A stretch of DNA of 64,000 nt from Kiritimatiellia bacterium (GTDB lineage: Bacteria > Verrucomicrobiota > Kiritimatiellia > RFP12 > UBA1067): contig JAQUCE010000011.1 in the NCBI GenBank assembly GCA_028686345.1, positions 1,355 to 65,354 of the forward strand, in the 5' to 3' direction. How positions within the stretch are numbered: the stretch's first letter is position 1; each line of letters begins with the position of its first letter. The notes beneath the pieces are model-generated. The model searched no databases and was not told the origin of the DNA. It saw only the letters and a list, made by a program, of their open reading frames with translations. The translations under genes were made by a program, and so were the position numbers. Below are positions 34,940 to 45,707 of this stretch, one piece after another.

Positions 34940-37900
34940 ATGATAAAATTATTCAAGAAAATCACGCTGTGTACCGCTGTGCTACTCTCTATTTCAGCCA
35001 GTGCTTTCAACCCGCCTACCGATGAAAACGCGGGCATGACACTGCAGATCGAAGGGGTCAAAGCCAACGAGCCGGTTGATCAACCGCTGCGCTTTGAGGT
35101 TCAGCTGATCAACAACACCTCTACGGATGCGCAGGGCACGATCAAGGTCTGGCTGAACGATGACTGGGATGCCACGCCATCCGAGAGCGCAGCCCTCACA
35201 GTCGTTGCCGGCAAAAGTCACACCTTGCAGTGCACGGCAACCGCTAAAGGACGCGCCCTCGCAGCACTCTATCCGGTTCACGCCTCATACACCACTCCCG
35301 ACGGCCACCTGCTCCATCCAATCGCTATTTTTAAAGCCGAGCGCTCCCCTGACACCCAAGCATACACTGTCAAGCCGCAGGAGGTTAAAGCCGGCTTTCT
35401 GCGTCTTGATCAGACCCCCCACCGCCTCTCGTTCTACCAGCAGAAGGGCACTGTGACCGCGCTGGGGCCGAACTTCAGCGGCACAGATCCGGCCAGTCGC
35501 ACTGCCATTCAAACCCGCGCGGAGAGCCGTGGCGGAGTCACCCGCGGATCTTTCAACGTGCACCCCCCCTATCAAGGCGGCGCCGGCACAACCTGGAACG
35601 ACTTCCCGCTCTCCCTGCCGGCTGACACAAAAATTGAGCTCGCCTTCCACACCGCGATCCGCGACTCCGCGCCTACCGAAGGAAGCGGCAGCGACGGGGT
35701 TGAATTCAAGGTGTTTGTGATCCGTGACAACAACACACCGCAGCAGCTCTTCACCCGCTTCAGTGCAGCCAAAATCTGGGAAAAGGCAATTGTTGACCTG
35801 AGCGCCTACGCTGGACAAACCATTACCCTGCGTCTCTGGACCGGCCCCGGGCCGCAAAACAACACCTCCTGCGACAGCAGCTTCTGGGGCGATCCGGTTG
35901 TTTTTGCGGGCGACACTCAGCCATCCGCTCCGACACCGGAGATATGGGCAGCCCGCGGAAAGAGCGCAGCAACTCTTGCCCGCCAGGCCCTGGCAGAGGG
36001 TGGTCGCCCCTCCCGGGGTTGCTTTGTGCTGAATGTACGCGGCGAAAAATTCGGCGTGGCTGTCGTGCCTGGCACCCAGGGGCTGACCGATGGCGTAATT
36101 GTTTTCACGGACGGGAAAAATGAGCTGCTCTACCGCGGGTTTCTCTGTCAGATCGACAAACTGCCGGTGGGCGCGGTCGAGATGGGCGCGCCTGTGGTTG
36201 AAACTAAACATCGATCTTTTCTCGGGAAGTTTTATCTCACCCATTATGTCGCAACACCGGGCGGCATAGTTGAGGCCCGCGCCACACTCTATGCTGACCG
36301 TGGGGCGCTGCGCATTGCCTGGGACATGCCGGGTGTCAGCCGCGATGCCCGCGGCACCCCGCGCTACACCCGCCTGGGAATCGGCCCCTGCGTCACACCG
36401 CTCAAACGCGCCTATGCCGGACTTGGCAATGTAATTGAGGAGCCCCAATCCTTCTCGCTGCGCGGCGGCGGCTTCACGCTCGCGACCCGCCACGTGGGCG
36501 CTGACTACACGAATAAGCTCAGTCTGCTGCAAGCCGCTGATGTTTTTCCGGATGCGGCTGTTTATGAAAAAGAGAGCGAACGCTTTGCCCTGGAGTGCCC
36601 GCATGACACCTCTTTCTACTTTATTCCCTCAGCGCAAGGCGCCTTTGCAGCTGCCCGCGCCTACCGCGATATCAACGGCTTCAAGCAGAGCCCGGGCTTC
36701 AAAAACACGGTTGGCAAAATGTGCCTTGATCAATGGGGCGGCGACTACGCTGATGCGGCGAAAAGTTTGGCGCTGGCAGGCAAGTACGGGGTAAACGACG
36801 CGATCTTTGTCAAGCACGTCTGGCAGCGCTGGGGCTATGACTACCGCCTGCCTGAGATTTTCCCGCCCAGCGGCAACATGGATGACTTTATGCGGATGCG
36901 CCAGGCAGCCAAAGACGCGGGTATGATCTTCGCGCCGCACGATAATTATATCGACTTTTACCCCGATGCCGCAGAGTACAGCTATGATCACATTGTCTTT
37001 AATGCAGACGGAAGCCCACAGCTCGCCTGGATCAACGAGGGACGTCAGGCGCAGAGCTACCGCTGGCTGCCGCACGCCTTTCAGCCCTGGATGGAAGCGA
37101 ACATGCGCGCCATGCGCCGGTCATTCCAGCCTGACGGACTCTTCATCGATGTCTTTACCGCCATGCCGCCAATCGACTACTACGACCGGGAGGGGCGTTA
37201 TTTCACCCGCAACCAGACAGCTAAACTATGGGGCGAAGCCTTTAACACATGCCGCCGCATACTCCAGCGCGGGGCCCCCATGATCAGCGAGGCAGGCACC
37301 GACGCATTGATCGGCGCGGTTGATGCGGCCCAGTCGGATCACATGGCTGCCAGCCGCTGGATGAAAGATTTCGGCGTGGCTGTCCGAACTCCATGGCACG
37401 ATATGGCCAGTCATGGGCGGATGGTACTGCTGGCAGGCGGGCTCGGCCCCCGCTACAGCGCCCTTGATTGGAGGGCAGCCGACCGGCCGATGCACGGTTA
37501 CGGCAGTGATGACTACCTCTCCAACACCGTGATCGGCGGGCGCAACCCCATGTGTGACGGCCCCTTCTCCCGGCGGGCGGTGATGACTTATTGGCTGCTG
37601 CACGATGTCTGCGCTGAGCTGGGCCGTCAGGACTTTGAGAGCCACGCATTTGGCGCCACCATCCTGCAGCAACGCACCACCTTTGGCAAGAGCGGGCGTG
37701 TATGGAGCAACCGCGGCGTTGAACCGTGGCGCGTGGCAGATGCGCACACACTCCCGCAGTACGGCTTCTACGCCGAGTGCGGCGACACGCGCGCTGGCGT
37801 TGTACTGCTGGATGGTCAACGGGCCGCCTTTGCTCAAAGCAAAACCGCTGTTTTTGTGGATGCGCGTCCGTTACATGACCCTGGAGTAAACATCAAAGTG

Positions 37901-38620
37901 GCGGCCGAGGTGACCGGCGGCAAGTATCTTGGCGCAGGGCGGTTCGCCTTCACTGTCAAGTGGGAGGTTTTCGATCCCGTTCCCGCGAGCTACAAGCCAT
38001 TCCTGCACTTTGACCGGGCAGACCACGAGCTTGACCAAGGCGAGAACATCGCTTTTCAGGCCACGCTCAATCTGCCGGTCGAGCGGCTGGCCCGCACCGG
38101 AATCTTTGAGACCACCACCGAGTTCTCGATCCCAAGGGAGGCGGCAGCTGGCGACTATGCCATCCGCTTCGGGATGTACAACCCCGCCAACCGACTGCAG
38201 ATCTCCGGTTTGACTGGCTCTGGCGGGCGGATCAAAGGGGGGCGGATCTCGATCAGCAAAGAGGAGAGTCAGTTTACGCAAGGTGCCTATAACATCGAAA
38301 ACAGCGATGACCTCAACGCGCTTCTGGAGTACAACATTGCCGGTAAATCGCTTGATTTTGGCGCAATTCAGACCGCAGGCGCCTTTCGTCTGCTGTACGG
38401 GAACACTCGCAGCTGGAGCCTGGTTCCGCTGCCTGGCAGCCGCCCCTTCTCCGCGGTCATTGACCTGACCCAGCTCGGCGCAGGAGAGCGTACAGTCAAA
38501 GGTGTGATCGCAGTTGAGCCCAAGGGCGAATATGGTCAAGAGGTTGAATGGAGCCAGAGGGAGGGAGCACTCAGAGTGCAACTCAACGGGCGCGCCTTTG
38601 CCTATGAGATCCAGTTCTGA
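34940..38620 (+). CDS. Very large secreted hypothetical protein (about 1226 aa), possible carbohydrate-active enzyme (unassigned)
   Basis: RBS aaAGGAtattATG, signal peptide MIKLFKKITLCTAVLLSISASA. The 439-aa antisense ORF 35285..36604 inside it is judged spurious. Confidence 0.6.
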   Translation: MIKLFKKITLCTAVLLSISASAFNPPTDENAGMTLQIEGVKANEPVDQPLRFEVQLINNTSTDAQGTIKVWLNDDWDATPSESAALTVVAGKSHTLQCTATAKGRALAALYPVHASYTTPDGHLLHPIAIFKAERSPDTQAYTVKPQEVKAGFLRLDQTPHRLSFYQQKGTVTALGPNFSGTDPASRTAIQTRAESRGGVTRGSFNVHPPYQGGAGTTWNDFPLSLPADTKIELAFHTAIRDSAPTEGSGSDGVEFKVFVIRDNNTPQQLFTRFSAAKIWEKAIVDLSAYAGQTITLRLWTGPGPQNNTSCDSSFWGDPVVFAGDTQPSAPTPEIWAARGKSAATLARQALAEGGRPSRGCFVLNVRGEKFGVAVVPGTQGLTDGVIVFTDGKNELLYRGFLCQIDKLPVGAVEMGAPVVETKHRSFLGKFYLTHYVATPGGIVEARATLYADRGALRIAWDMPGVSRDARGTPRYTRLGIGPCVTPLKRAYAGLGNVIEEPQSFSLRGGGFTLATRHVGADYTNKLSLLQAADVFPDAAVYEKESERFALECPHDTSFYFIPSAQGAFAAARAYRDINGFKQSPGFKNTVGKMCLDQWGGDYADAAKSLALAGKYGVNDAIFVKHVWQRWGYDYRLPEIFPPSGNMDDFMRMRQAAKDAGMIFAPHDNYIDFYPDAAEYSYDHIVFNADGSPQLAWINEGRQAQSYRWLPHAFQPWMEANMRAMRRSFQPDGLFIDVFTAMPPIDYYDREGRYFTRNQTAKLWGEAFNTCRRILQRGAPMISEAGTDALIGAVDAAQSDHMAASRWMKDFGVAVRTPWHDMASHGRMVLLAGGLGPRYSALDWRAADRPMHGYGSDDYLSNTVIGGRNPMCDGPFSRRAVMTYWLLHDVCAELGRQDFESHAFGATILQQRTTFGKSGRVWSNRGVEPWRVADAHTLPQYGFYAECGDTRAGVVLLDGQRAAFAQSKTAVFVDARPLHDPGVNIKVAAEVTGGKYLGAGRFAFTVKWEVFDPVPASYKPFLHFDRADHELDQGENIAFQATLNLPVERLARTGIFETTTEFSIPREAAAGDYAIRFGMYNPANRLQISGLTGSGGRIKGGRISISKEESQFTQGAYNIENSDDLNALLEYNIAGKSLDFGAIQTAGAFRLLYGNTRSWSLVPLPGSRPFSAVIDLTQLGAGERTVKGVIAVEPKGEYGQEVEWSQREGALRVQLNGRAFAYEIQF

Positions 38621-38789
38621 GACAACGAGCCTAGCCCAACTTTACCTATTCGGACAAAAAGCCGTGGTAAAACAATGTGTTTTGTCATGAAGGAGGAATT
38701 TAAAATGATTACTCAATCGAGAAACCCTTTTTGGAAGCAAAGAGCACGCTGAAGCGTGAACAACAAACCTTACGCAGCAGGCGTTTTCC

Positions 38790-39779
38790 TTACTGGCTTT
38801 CGCTGATCAGCTTATAAAGTCCGGGTTTCCAAACTTTCTCAAACTGCTGGGGAATTCGCTCGCGGGCCAATTCCCGGAATGGTTCAGAATCAATGGCAAC
38901 AAACTCAGCCCCGTCAGCCTCAAGTTTCTGGCGGTAACCAGCTTCAGCCCGCTCGACCTCGAGGTTGTGCCAGCGGGTTGTGTCTTCCAACGCCCGTAAC
39001 AGGAGCCCGCGCTCCTCCGGGGTAAAACGACGCTCCAGGTTGGGTCCGATGGAGGGCACATAAAAGCTGATCAGATGGCGCGTCTCCATGATGTATTTCT
39101 GGACCTCCTGCAGATGGTTGGCGTAGATGGTGGCGAGCGGGTTCTCCTGCCCCTCCACCACCCCGAGCTTGAGCGCCATAAAGATATCGGTGAAGGGAAT
39201 CGGAGTGACATTGGCTCCGAAGGCCTGCCATGATTTCATGTAGATCTCGAGTTCAGGAACGCGCAGCTTGAGCCCTTTGAGATCATCCAGGGTCAGCACC
39301 TTGCGTGAGGTGGTCGTGAGGTAGCGCGGTCCACGGAACCAGGGCTGCATGAGCCGGGCACCCGATTTTTTTTGCATGACGCGTCGGACCTCTTCGCCAA
39401 TAGCCCCATTCCAAACATGTTCGACATGCGCGTAGTCGCGCCAGAGGAAAGGTGCCTCAAAGGCGCCGTACTGGGGCGCATACCAGCCGATAATCGCCAA
39501 TCCGGTCACAATCATATCAACGCTGCCGAGCTTCAATCCCTCGATCAGCTCCCGCTCATTACCCAGCTGACCGCTGGGATAGAGGCGCACCGCCATTTTG
39601 CCGTTGGATTCGGTTTTGACCTGCTCCGCAAAACGAACCGAGGCCTGATGCAGCAGCTCAGAGGGTCCTGGCACATACGCAACCCGCAAAATCTTGGGCT
39701 TTACCTCAGTGGGTCCACAGCCGCATAGCCACAGGGCTCCCAACACCGCCATTACTGTCAATCGATTATTTGCATTCAT
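38790..39779 (-). CDS. dctP: TRAP transporter substrate-binding protein, DctP family (lipoprotein)
   Basis: Lipobox ALWLCGCG, DctP-family sequence pattern (..RVAYVPGPSELLHQASVRFAEQVKTESNGKMAV..YPSGQLGNERELIEGLKLGSVDM..). Confidence 0.75.
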   Translation of the reverse strand: MNANNRLTVMAVLGALWLCGCGPTEVKPKILRVAYVPGPSELLHQASVRFAEQVKTESNGKMAVRLYPSGQLGNERELIEGLKLGSVDMIVTGLAIIGWYAPQYGAFEAPFLWRDYAHVEHVWNGAIGEEVRRVMQKKSGARLMQPWFRGPRYLTTTSRKVLTLDDLKGLKLRVPELEIYMKSWQAFGANVTPIPFTDIFMALKLGVVEGQENPLATIYANHLQEVQKYIMETRHLISFYVPSIGPNLERRFTPEERGLLLRALEDTTRWHNLEVERAEAGYRQKLEADGAEFVAIDSEPFRELARERIPQQFEKVWKPGLYKLISESQ

Positions 39780-39781
39780 AT

Positions 39782-40389
39782 TTATTCAAGCCTGGGGCTG
39801 TGTCCCCCTCGGGTCGGGACAGGTTTAAGAGTTATCAGATAGACCGCTTTGTCAGAGAGGTCATCCTGATTGAAGAACTCGGCGACAATGAACGAGTCAC
39901 CCTTGAAAGCATGGATGCCGGTAATCACACCAGGTGCATATCGCATTGTACCCGCAGGCACGACCTCATCGGTATGTGCGACTCGTGTGGATTTCAGTTT
40001 CAGCATGTTCGACTTCCCGCAAAGAAATCATACCGTTTTTTCTGTACGCCCTCCGCTGCTTTAGATTAAACATCGTACGCTCCCAGGAATCGGCTACCAT
40101 TAAAATGAATCAGATGTGAGGGTGCATCGGCAACCCACACCTCGGTCTCCCATGCAATCTCCCCCAGATAACGGCTCATAATAGAGCGGTTGGGAAATGC
40201 TGTCACAAACACGAGTCCGGCTTTGGTACTGTTTACAGGACGTTCCGGCCTGTCTGGATTATACAAAGCAATCCCGGCGGCAACAAACTGGTGCATTGTT
40301 TGCCGTCTGATTGTTTCACGTGTGTTCGGTGCATAGTTCTTACCGTAATGGTTTCGAATCCAGTCCATTATCGGCGTTATCCCTATCAA
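39782..40389 (-). pseudogene. Degraded gene remnant (107-aa plus 74-aa ORFs separated by an in-frame stop/frameshift) in a low-GC islet; possibly a restriction-endonuclease-like N-terminal fragment
   Basis: ORFs 40066..40389 (..WIRNHYGKNYAPNTRETIRRQTMHQFVAAGIALYNPD..) and 39782..40006 are collinear and split by about 60 nt. The region 39780-40560 is markedly lower in GC than its flanks. The family assignment is not secure. Confidence 0.3.
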
Positions 40390-40562
40390 CGGAGACTCGG
40401 CATTCTCCCAGCTTTTACGAGGTGTTGGGTAGCGTATTCAATGTTATTAACCTTATTAAACTTGATTCCTGTTGCGGGAGGTCATTCCTTAGCCCACCCA
40501 CTTTGAACGCTCACTATTATACGACAAACCGCTGCTGCGGGCTAGACTATTCTGTTTTTGGC

Positions 40563-42920
40563 TCATTTCATTTGTTTAAGTTGGATGCGGGTTTGGAGGG
40601 AGGCGATGTCGATCACGAAAGCGGTGTCGGCAATTGGCGGAGTGCCGGAACGAAAACCCTCACCGAGGTAGAACCAGGTAGCCTCAGGGGTGTGCCGGAG
40701 TTCAACTGGAGGGTTGCTGTTAAGCGTGACGTGTGTAACATCGCCATGCGTCAAGAGCGCCAGCTGCTGCCACGTACCAGGTGTGACTTTGCCGCAGGGA
40801 TGGCTCTGGCCGTTGCCGACGAGCAGGATATCATCGCCCTGCAAAACAACACGGGCGGGCTGATTGGCATCTCCCATCGTGCATAATGTCTGTTCTTTTC
40901 CACGTTCCACCATAAAGCTGAATTTCAATTCAACGCTATCACCGGCAGCGCGTTCGTTGGCAGCCAGCTCCACACCGGCGGAGGCCCCGCCGGTGATACG
41001 CACAACCTGCCTGCCATCTATCTCAGCGCTTGTTATCGATTCAGCTGCAGCAGCTGGTGCGGCAGGCAACACAAAACTGCGCGCCAGTGCGGCTGGGTCT
41101 GATGGATCAAGCAGCAAGGTCGGTGTCATCTTTGCAAGGGTCACCTGCTGCGACTCGAAAAGTTTTCGGTGATCAGCCACCGAAAGCTGATGGGTACCAT
41201 AGAGAGCCAGCGAACGAAATGAACCTTCGATAGATGTCAGAGCGCTGGCGGCAAGATTAGGCCCGCCAATGGTAAAACTGCTGCCCTGCATTGAACGTTT
41301 GCCTGGCTTGAAGGAGACGCACTCGTGTTCGCTGTTCACAAAGAAGTGCGCCTCTCCGAGTGCATAATTGATGGTCAGGCCAACGTAGTTCCAACGGTCA
41401 CGCAGCACCGGGAGTGCTGAGACGATGTTTTGGGCCGGGTCACCGAGATGAGCAAAACAGGTGCCGGAAATCCCCCAGACAAAACCGCCCTTCTGGCTCC
41501 GGTTATCAAAAATGACTCCCTCGTCGTCCGGATTGATCCAGGCGGCGCAGCTAATTCCATCCGGTGATACCGCCGGCGCTGCACGGCCCTTCAGCGCCAG
41601 GCCGCCGCTAAGCACCAGTGCGTTATCCTCCACCGCGCAGCGGGGTGGCGACGGAAGGTTGGCACGCGGGTAGATGTAGAATTGCCTTGGATCAGGCAGC
41701 GGTGAAACGCTGACAACCTTGATGCTGCGCATCGCGCAGGCTCCCTGACTGTAAGAGGCGAGCAGTTGATCGCCACGTAGAAACATCTGCGGGTAGGCCA
41801 CCTGCGGTTCACGGTCAGTCAAACCAATGCCGGCAACAAAATCGATGCCACTGCCGCGGTTAAAAAAGAGCGCCAGATTCCGGCGGTCAGTACCGAATGT
41901 ACCTGAGAGCCAGTCATTATGAATCATGATCAGGCGGTCGGTGCTTGCGGGGTGGGGCGCCGGGCTTTGATTTAGGACATGCATCCGTGAGATAACCGTT
42001 TGCAGCGGAACAAAGGCGTGCGGCGACCAGGTTGCCCCGTGATCGTGCGAGCGAGACCAAGTCAGGGTTTCGGCGGTAACGGGTGTACACTCCTCTGTTC
42101 CGGGGATGATATTGTTGCGGGCGAACATCAGTACCGATCCATCCGGCTGTTCGAAAACCGTCGGCTCCCACTGCCGCCAATCCAGAGCAGGCAGGATGGC
42201 ACCAGAGGATATCTGCCAGGTTGCGCCACTATCGTCGCTGTAAATCACGCTGTTGCGTTTTTCCAGCCAGGCCCAGCCGGTTTTGCCGGGCGGAGCCAGG
42301 GCGGAGAGAGGGCCCATCATAGTCACAGGCGCCAACACTCGGCCTGTGCTTAGTTGAACCGGATTCTGGGTTGGAAAAACGCGGAAGGGTTTGCCGTCAA
42401 TGATTGGGTCAAGCTCACCGCTCCAACTCAGCTGGCGGTTGGACCATCTGGCATCCGGGTTATCCAGCACCGAGAGGTAACACCCTTTATGGTTGTCTTT
42501 AGATGCCTGACTCCAAAGCGCCCACAGGGTGTCTTCAACCACGATCAGATTGGGCTGCCACTGCGTACCTTTAGGACATGGAACAGGATTAACGCAGAAC
42601 TCCGAATCTGAGAATGCCGGTTTCGGCGCCGACCAGTTTCTCCCATCACGGCTGGTACTGAAATAGTTAAGCTGTCCCGGTGCGCCTTCACTTGGAATAG
42701 TATTGGCGTTCCAGACGCAGAACCAGCGGTCACGAAACCAGGCAATGGAGCTGTCATGGTTGTAGCGCAGCGACTGAGCCGCTGCATCAACAACGAACGA
42801 GCGTTCGATGCGCGGCTGATAGACAGTATAGTGCTGCCAGCTTTGCGTCGTATCGGAAAAAGCGACCGTACCACCCAAAACAAATATCACCAGAGCACAG
42901 ATTTTTAAACTACATTGCAT
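40563..42920 (-). CDS. Secreted BNR/Asp-box (sialidase-like, GH33-like) glycoside hydrolase with C-terminal LamG/concanavalin-like domain
   Basis: Signal peptide. Asp-box motifs SRDGRNWS, SDDSGATWQ, SHDHGATWSP. 785 aa. Confidence 0.7.
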   Translation of the reverse strand: MQCSLKICALVIFVLGGTVAFSDTTQSWQHYTVYQPRIERSFVVDAAAQSLRYNHDSSIAWFRDRWFCVWNANTIPSEGAPGQLNYFSTSRDGRNWSAPKPAFSDSEFCVNPVPCPKGTQWQPNLIVVEDTLWALWSQASKDNHKGCYLSVLDNPDARWSNRQLSWSGELDPIIDGKPFRVFPTQNPVQLSTGRVLAPVTMMGPLSALAPPGKTGWAWLEKRNSVIYSDDSGATWQISSGAILPALDWRQWEPTVFEQPDGSVLMFARNNIIPGTEECTPVTAETLTWSRSHDHGATWSPHAFVPLQTVISRMHVLNQSPAPHPASTDRLIMIHNDWLSGTFGTDRRNLALFFNRGSGIDFVAGIGLTDREPQVAYPQMFLRGDQLLASYSQGACAMRSIKVVSVSPLPDPRQFYIYPRANLPSPPRCAVEDNALVLSGGLALKGRAAPAVSPDGISCAAWINPDDEGVIFDNRSQKGGFVWGISGTCFAHLGDPAQNIVSALPVLRDRWNYVGLTINYALGEAHFFVNSEHECVSFKPGKRSMQGSSFTIGGPNLAASALTSIEGSFRSLALYGTHQLSVADHRKLFESQQVTLAKMTPTLLLDPSDPAALARSFVLPAAPAAAAESITSAEIDGRQVVRITGGASAGVELAANERAAGDSVELKFSFMVERGKEQTLCTMGDANQPARVVLQGDDILLVGNGQSHPCGKVTPGTWQQLALLTHGDVTHVTLNSNPPVELRHTPEATWFYLGEGFRSGTPPIADTAFVIDIASLQTRIQLKQMK

Positions 42921-42939
42921 TACAATACCCTTTTGTTAT

Positions 42940-43190
42940 CCACACTTTAGCCTGCCTTTGACGAACAACCATCCGGTGTCCGCAATTGCTTCATCCTCCT
43001 TCGCCAAGGCTACGGCGGACACGGTAGAAGCAACACTACACCCCGGGGCGCGCCTTTCACGAGCCTGCGGCAAAATGCCGCTCGTAGCGCGGCAGCGGGT
43101 GACGATGGTGTGCGACGATGTTGACCGACGACTGATATCATGCGGAGCTCGTCCACCAGCAGCGTTGTTATTTGGCGTGTTCTAATTCGG
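42940..43190. repeat. Composite intergenic repeat, copy E
   Basis: ccgcaattgcttcatcctccttcgccaaggctacggcggacacggtagaagcaacactacaccccggggcgcgcctttcacgag...ccgctcgtagcgcggc...gtgcgacgatgttgaccgacgactgatatcatgcggagctcgtccaccagc. Near-identical to 7480-7740. Confidence 0.55.
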
Positions 43191-43199
43191 TTCGCCGAA

Positions 43200-44585
43200 T
43201 TATTTTGTCGTTGGAATTATTTTACCCAGCAGGAAAAATTTACGCTCAGGGTACCAGAGAACAGGCACGCCATTGCGAACCGTGAAGCTGGCATAGAGGG
43301 CCAGATCAGTGCGTCCTCTGGTGCCGGGCTTACCAAGGCTGACGCCATCGTGGTCCATAAACAATTCAGGCTCGTTAAACCAGACCGGCTGATCAGCGCC
43401 GGCTTTAAAATAGCCGTGCACAATGTGAATGGGGCGGCGGTGATTGCTGCTATCCCTTGGTCCGAAGTTTTTGTAGTGTCCGTCGTGGTTGTGGATAAAG
43501 AGCACGTAATTTCCGCTGCCAGCGGTGTTGCCGCCAACATCATACATGGGACAGGGCGAGAGTGGATGCAGCAGCGGCGCGCCGCCATCCTGACGCAGCA
43601 GAGGACGCGGCTGGCTCCAGGTTTCGCCGATGTCGTCACTCACGCTCCAGTACGGGCTGCCGGATGCAGTGCGCATTGTACAGAAGAGACGTCCATCCGG
43701 AAGTTTGACAACCGAGGGTTCCTGGCAGGCGCTGACCTGAGGAGCTTCCGGATAGGGAACGGAGAGGGCCTTCTCATTAAATGCGAACCAGGAGATCCTG
43801 ATATCTTTTGGCTCAGGGTTGTCGTCAATATTTTCAAAGCGCATGAACTCAACCCGCGCGTCGGCGGACATCCACGATTTAGTCGGGTTTTCAGTCACTG
43901 CGAAACTAGTCCAGCGGGTGATGCCTGCAAAATATTTTCCATCCCGGCCGAGGCGGTTCGGTTTCTGCCAGCAAAGAACATTGGGCGGCATGGTGGTGTC
44001 GGGGTTGTCATAGATGCTGCGGCGCAGCGTGACATTCTGGGGTTTGGACCAGGTTTCGCCGTTATCATCACTGTAGATGCCGTGCAGCCAGCCAGTGTGA
44101 TGTTTGAATTGATCGGTCTTGCCGATGTTCTGGCTGTAGAGGATATAGATGCGCCCTGATTTGCTGACCAGCGGATAGCCCCAGCTGGCCATATGGCCGT
44201 CGCCCGGTTTTTTAGGTCCTGCAACAATGCGGGGTTTAGTCCAGGTTTTTCCCTCGTCATCGCTGCGTGCAAAGGCCTGATGCTGATCAGGCTGCGACTC
44301 GGCGGAGCTTTGGGTCCAGACCGCCATCAGCGACCCATCCGGACCGTCGAAGACGAGGAAGTGTTCGTTGCCAGTATCGCTGACACCGCTATCGGTGACC
44401 TCTGGCACGAAGACGATGAAGTCGGGTTTAGTGATGTGCAGCTGTTTGGGAATACGCGCTTTGAGGTCAGCGGGTGTTTCGATAAAATTTGGATCAGGCT
44501 CCGCGACTGTTGGAAAGCAAAGTGAAACAAGGCAGGCCGCAACTGCAATCACCTTTAAATATGTCCTGATTCTGCTGACAATCAT
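43200..44585 (-). CDS. Secreted exo-alpha-sialidase-like BNR-repeat glycoside hydrolase
   Basis: Signal peptide. Asp boxes SDDEGKTWT, SDDNGETWS, SDDIGETWS. 461 aa. Confidence 0.75.
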   Translation of the reverse strand: MIVSRIRTYLKVIAVAACLVSLCFPTVAEPDPNFIETPADLKARIPKQLHITKPDFIVFVPEVTDSGVSDTGNEHFLVFDGPDGSLMAVWTQSSAESQPDQHQAFARSDDEGKTWTKPRIVAGPKKPGDGHMASWGYPLVSKSGRIYILYSQNIGKTDQFKHHTGWLHGIYSDDNGETWSKPQNVTLRRSIYDNPDTTMPPNVLCWQKPNRLGRDGKYFAGITRWTSFAVTENPTKSWMSADARVEFMRFENIDDNPEPKDIRISWFAFNEKALSVPYPEAPQVSACQEPSVVKLPDGRLFCTMRTASGSPYWSVSDDIGETWSQPRPLLRQDGGAPLLHPLSPCPMYDVGGNTAGSGNYVLFIHNHDGHYKNFGPRDSSNHRRPIHIVHGYFKAGADQPVWFNEPELFMDHDGVSLGKPGTRGRTDLALYASFTVRNGVPVLWYPERKFFLLGKIIPTTK

Positions 44586-44609
44586 AATGTATCTCCTTGA
44601 TTTATGGTT

Positions 44610-45701
44610 TTATTGCTCATTAAAATATCTCTTCCACAGCTGTTCGGCCTGGGAAGCATCTTTGACCACTTTAATTATAGCAAGTCCCTGCAGAGGAAGC
44701 TTGCCGAAAATCCAGTCAAGATCAGCCGTTGAAATATCCCCCCAGATCAGCAGCGGGCAGCGCTTCAGGATTGCCGCGTGACGCTCATAGAGATCGCGGG
44801 CAGCGGGCCCCCCTTTGTCAATATGCAGCTCCAGCACACTCATGCCCATTGCAAGATATTTGTCGGTCGGCACAAATCCGGTTGAGTGCTGATGCATCAC
44901 CACATGCGGGAAGGAGGTAACAATCCGGCGGTCGAACGGCTCGATAAACTGCGCATAGAGCTCGGGCGAGAGCAGAGCTGCGGCATCCTCCTGATGCCAC
45001 ACCGTCCCTTTTGGAGCCCACATGTGATAATAAAAGGAACCTATGCCTCCGTAAAAATCAGGGATGTGCTGCAGCTGCAGGTTGCCGCACTGAATAAAGA
45101 GATCGGTCACCCGACGGCAAACCTCCATAACTTCATCGGGTTTGTCAAACATTGCATAGACAAATGCATCGGCTCCATACAGCGCAGAGAGCAGATCCGC
45201 TACGCCGCGCATACGGGTGGTGGCCAGCGGAAAACGTCCTGCCGCTCTCTCGGCCAGAGCATGGAGCATCTCGACCATCAGGCGCATCCATGGATTATCA
45301 CGCTCAAAGGCAGGCAATGAATCAACAGAAAAACCCGGTGGCGGTTCGCTGTGAATTGAGCCTGTACTGTGATTGGCAAAAACCGGACACCCGAGGGCTG
45401 CCTCAAGCCAGGGAATACCCCAGAAGGCGCTGGCACTGTAAATGAAGTCTCCACCGCAGGCTTCATGCTCCAGAAAAAGCTGTTCACTGTCATTCACAAA
45501 AGCAGCCACATCAAAATCCGCGGGCAGCAGGGCGCGCGATTCCGGCAGAGTGCGGCTGAAGGGATAACGCGTCAGCGGGTATTCGCTCCCCTTGAAAAAA
45601 CCAAACAACGGCCGTGTGTTCTGGCGGCAATGAAAGTGCTGAAACATTTTCACGCGGTCGTCCATAGGTTTTTGCCAGGCGTTATCAAAAACAACTTCCA
45701 T
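44610..45701 (-). CDS. Hypothetical protein (363 aa), cytoplasmic, embedded in the glycan-degradation cluster
   Basis: Uninterrupted ORF between two sialidase-like genes. No confident domain. Confidence 0.5.
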   Translation of the reverse strand: MEVVFDNAWQKPMDDRVKMFQHFHCRQNTRPLFGFFKGSEYPLTRYPFSRTLPESRALLPADFDVAAFVNDSEQLFLEHEACGGDFIYSASAFWGIPWLEAALGCPVFANHSTGSIHSEPPPGFSVDSLPAFERDNPWMRLMVEMLHALAERAAGRFPLATTRMRGVADLLSALYGADAFVYAMFDKPDEVMEVCRRVTDLFIQCGNLQLQHIPDFYGGIGSFYYHMWAPKGTVWHQEDAAALLSPELYAQFIEPFDRRIVTSFPHVVMHQHSTGFVPTDKYLAMGMSVLELHIDKGGPAARDLYERHAAILKRCPLLIWGDISTADLDWIFGKLPLQGLAIIKVVKDASQAEQLWKRYFNEQ

Positions 45702-45707
45702 AAAACG

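Noticed and set aside
35285-36604. 439-aa minus-strand ORF inside the 1238-aa secreted protein gene
   Set aside because: Antisense ORFs are expected in high-GC coding DNA. The plus-strand frame is three times longer and has an RBS and signal peptide. The antisense ORF has no start context or motifs.
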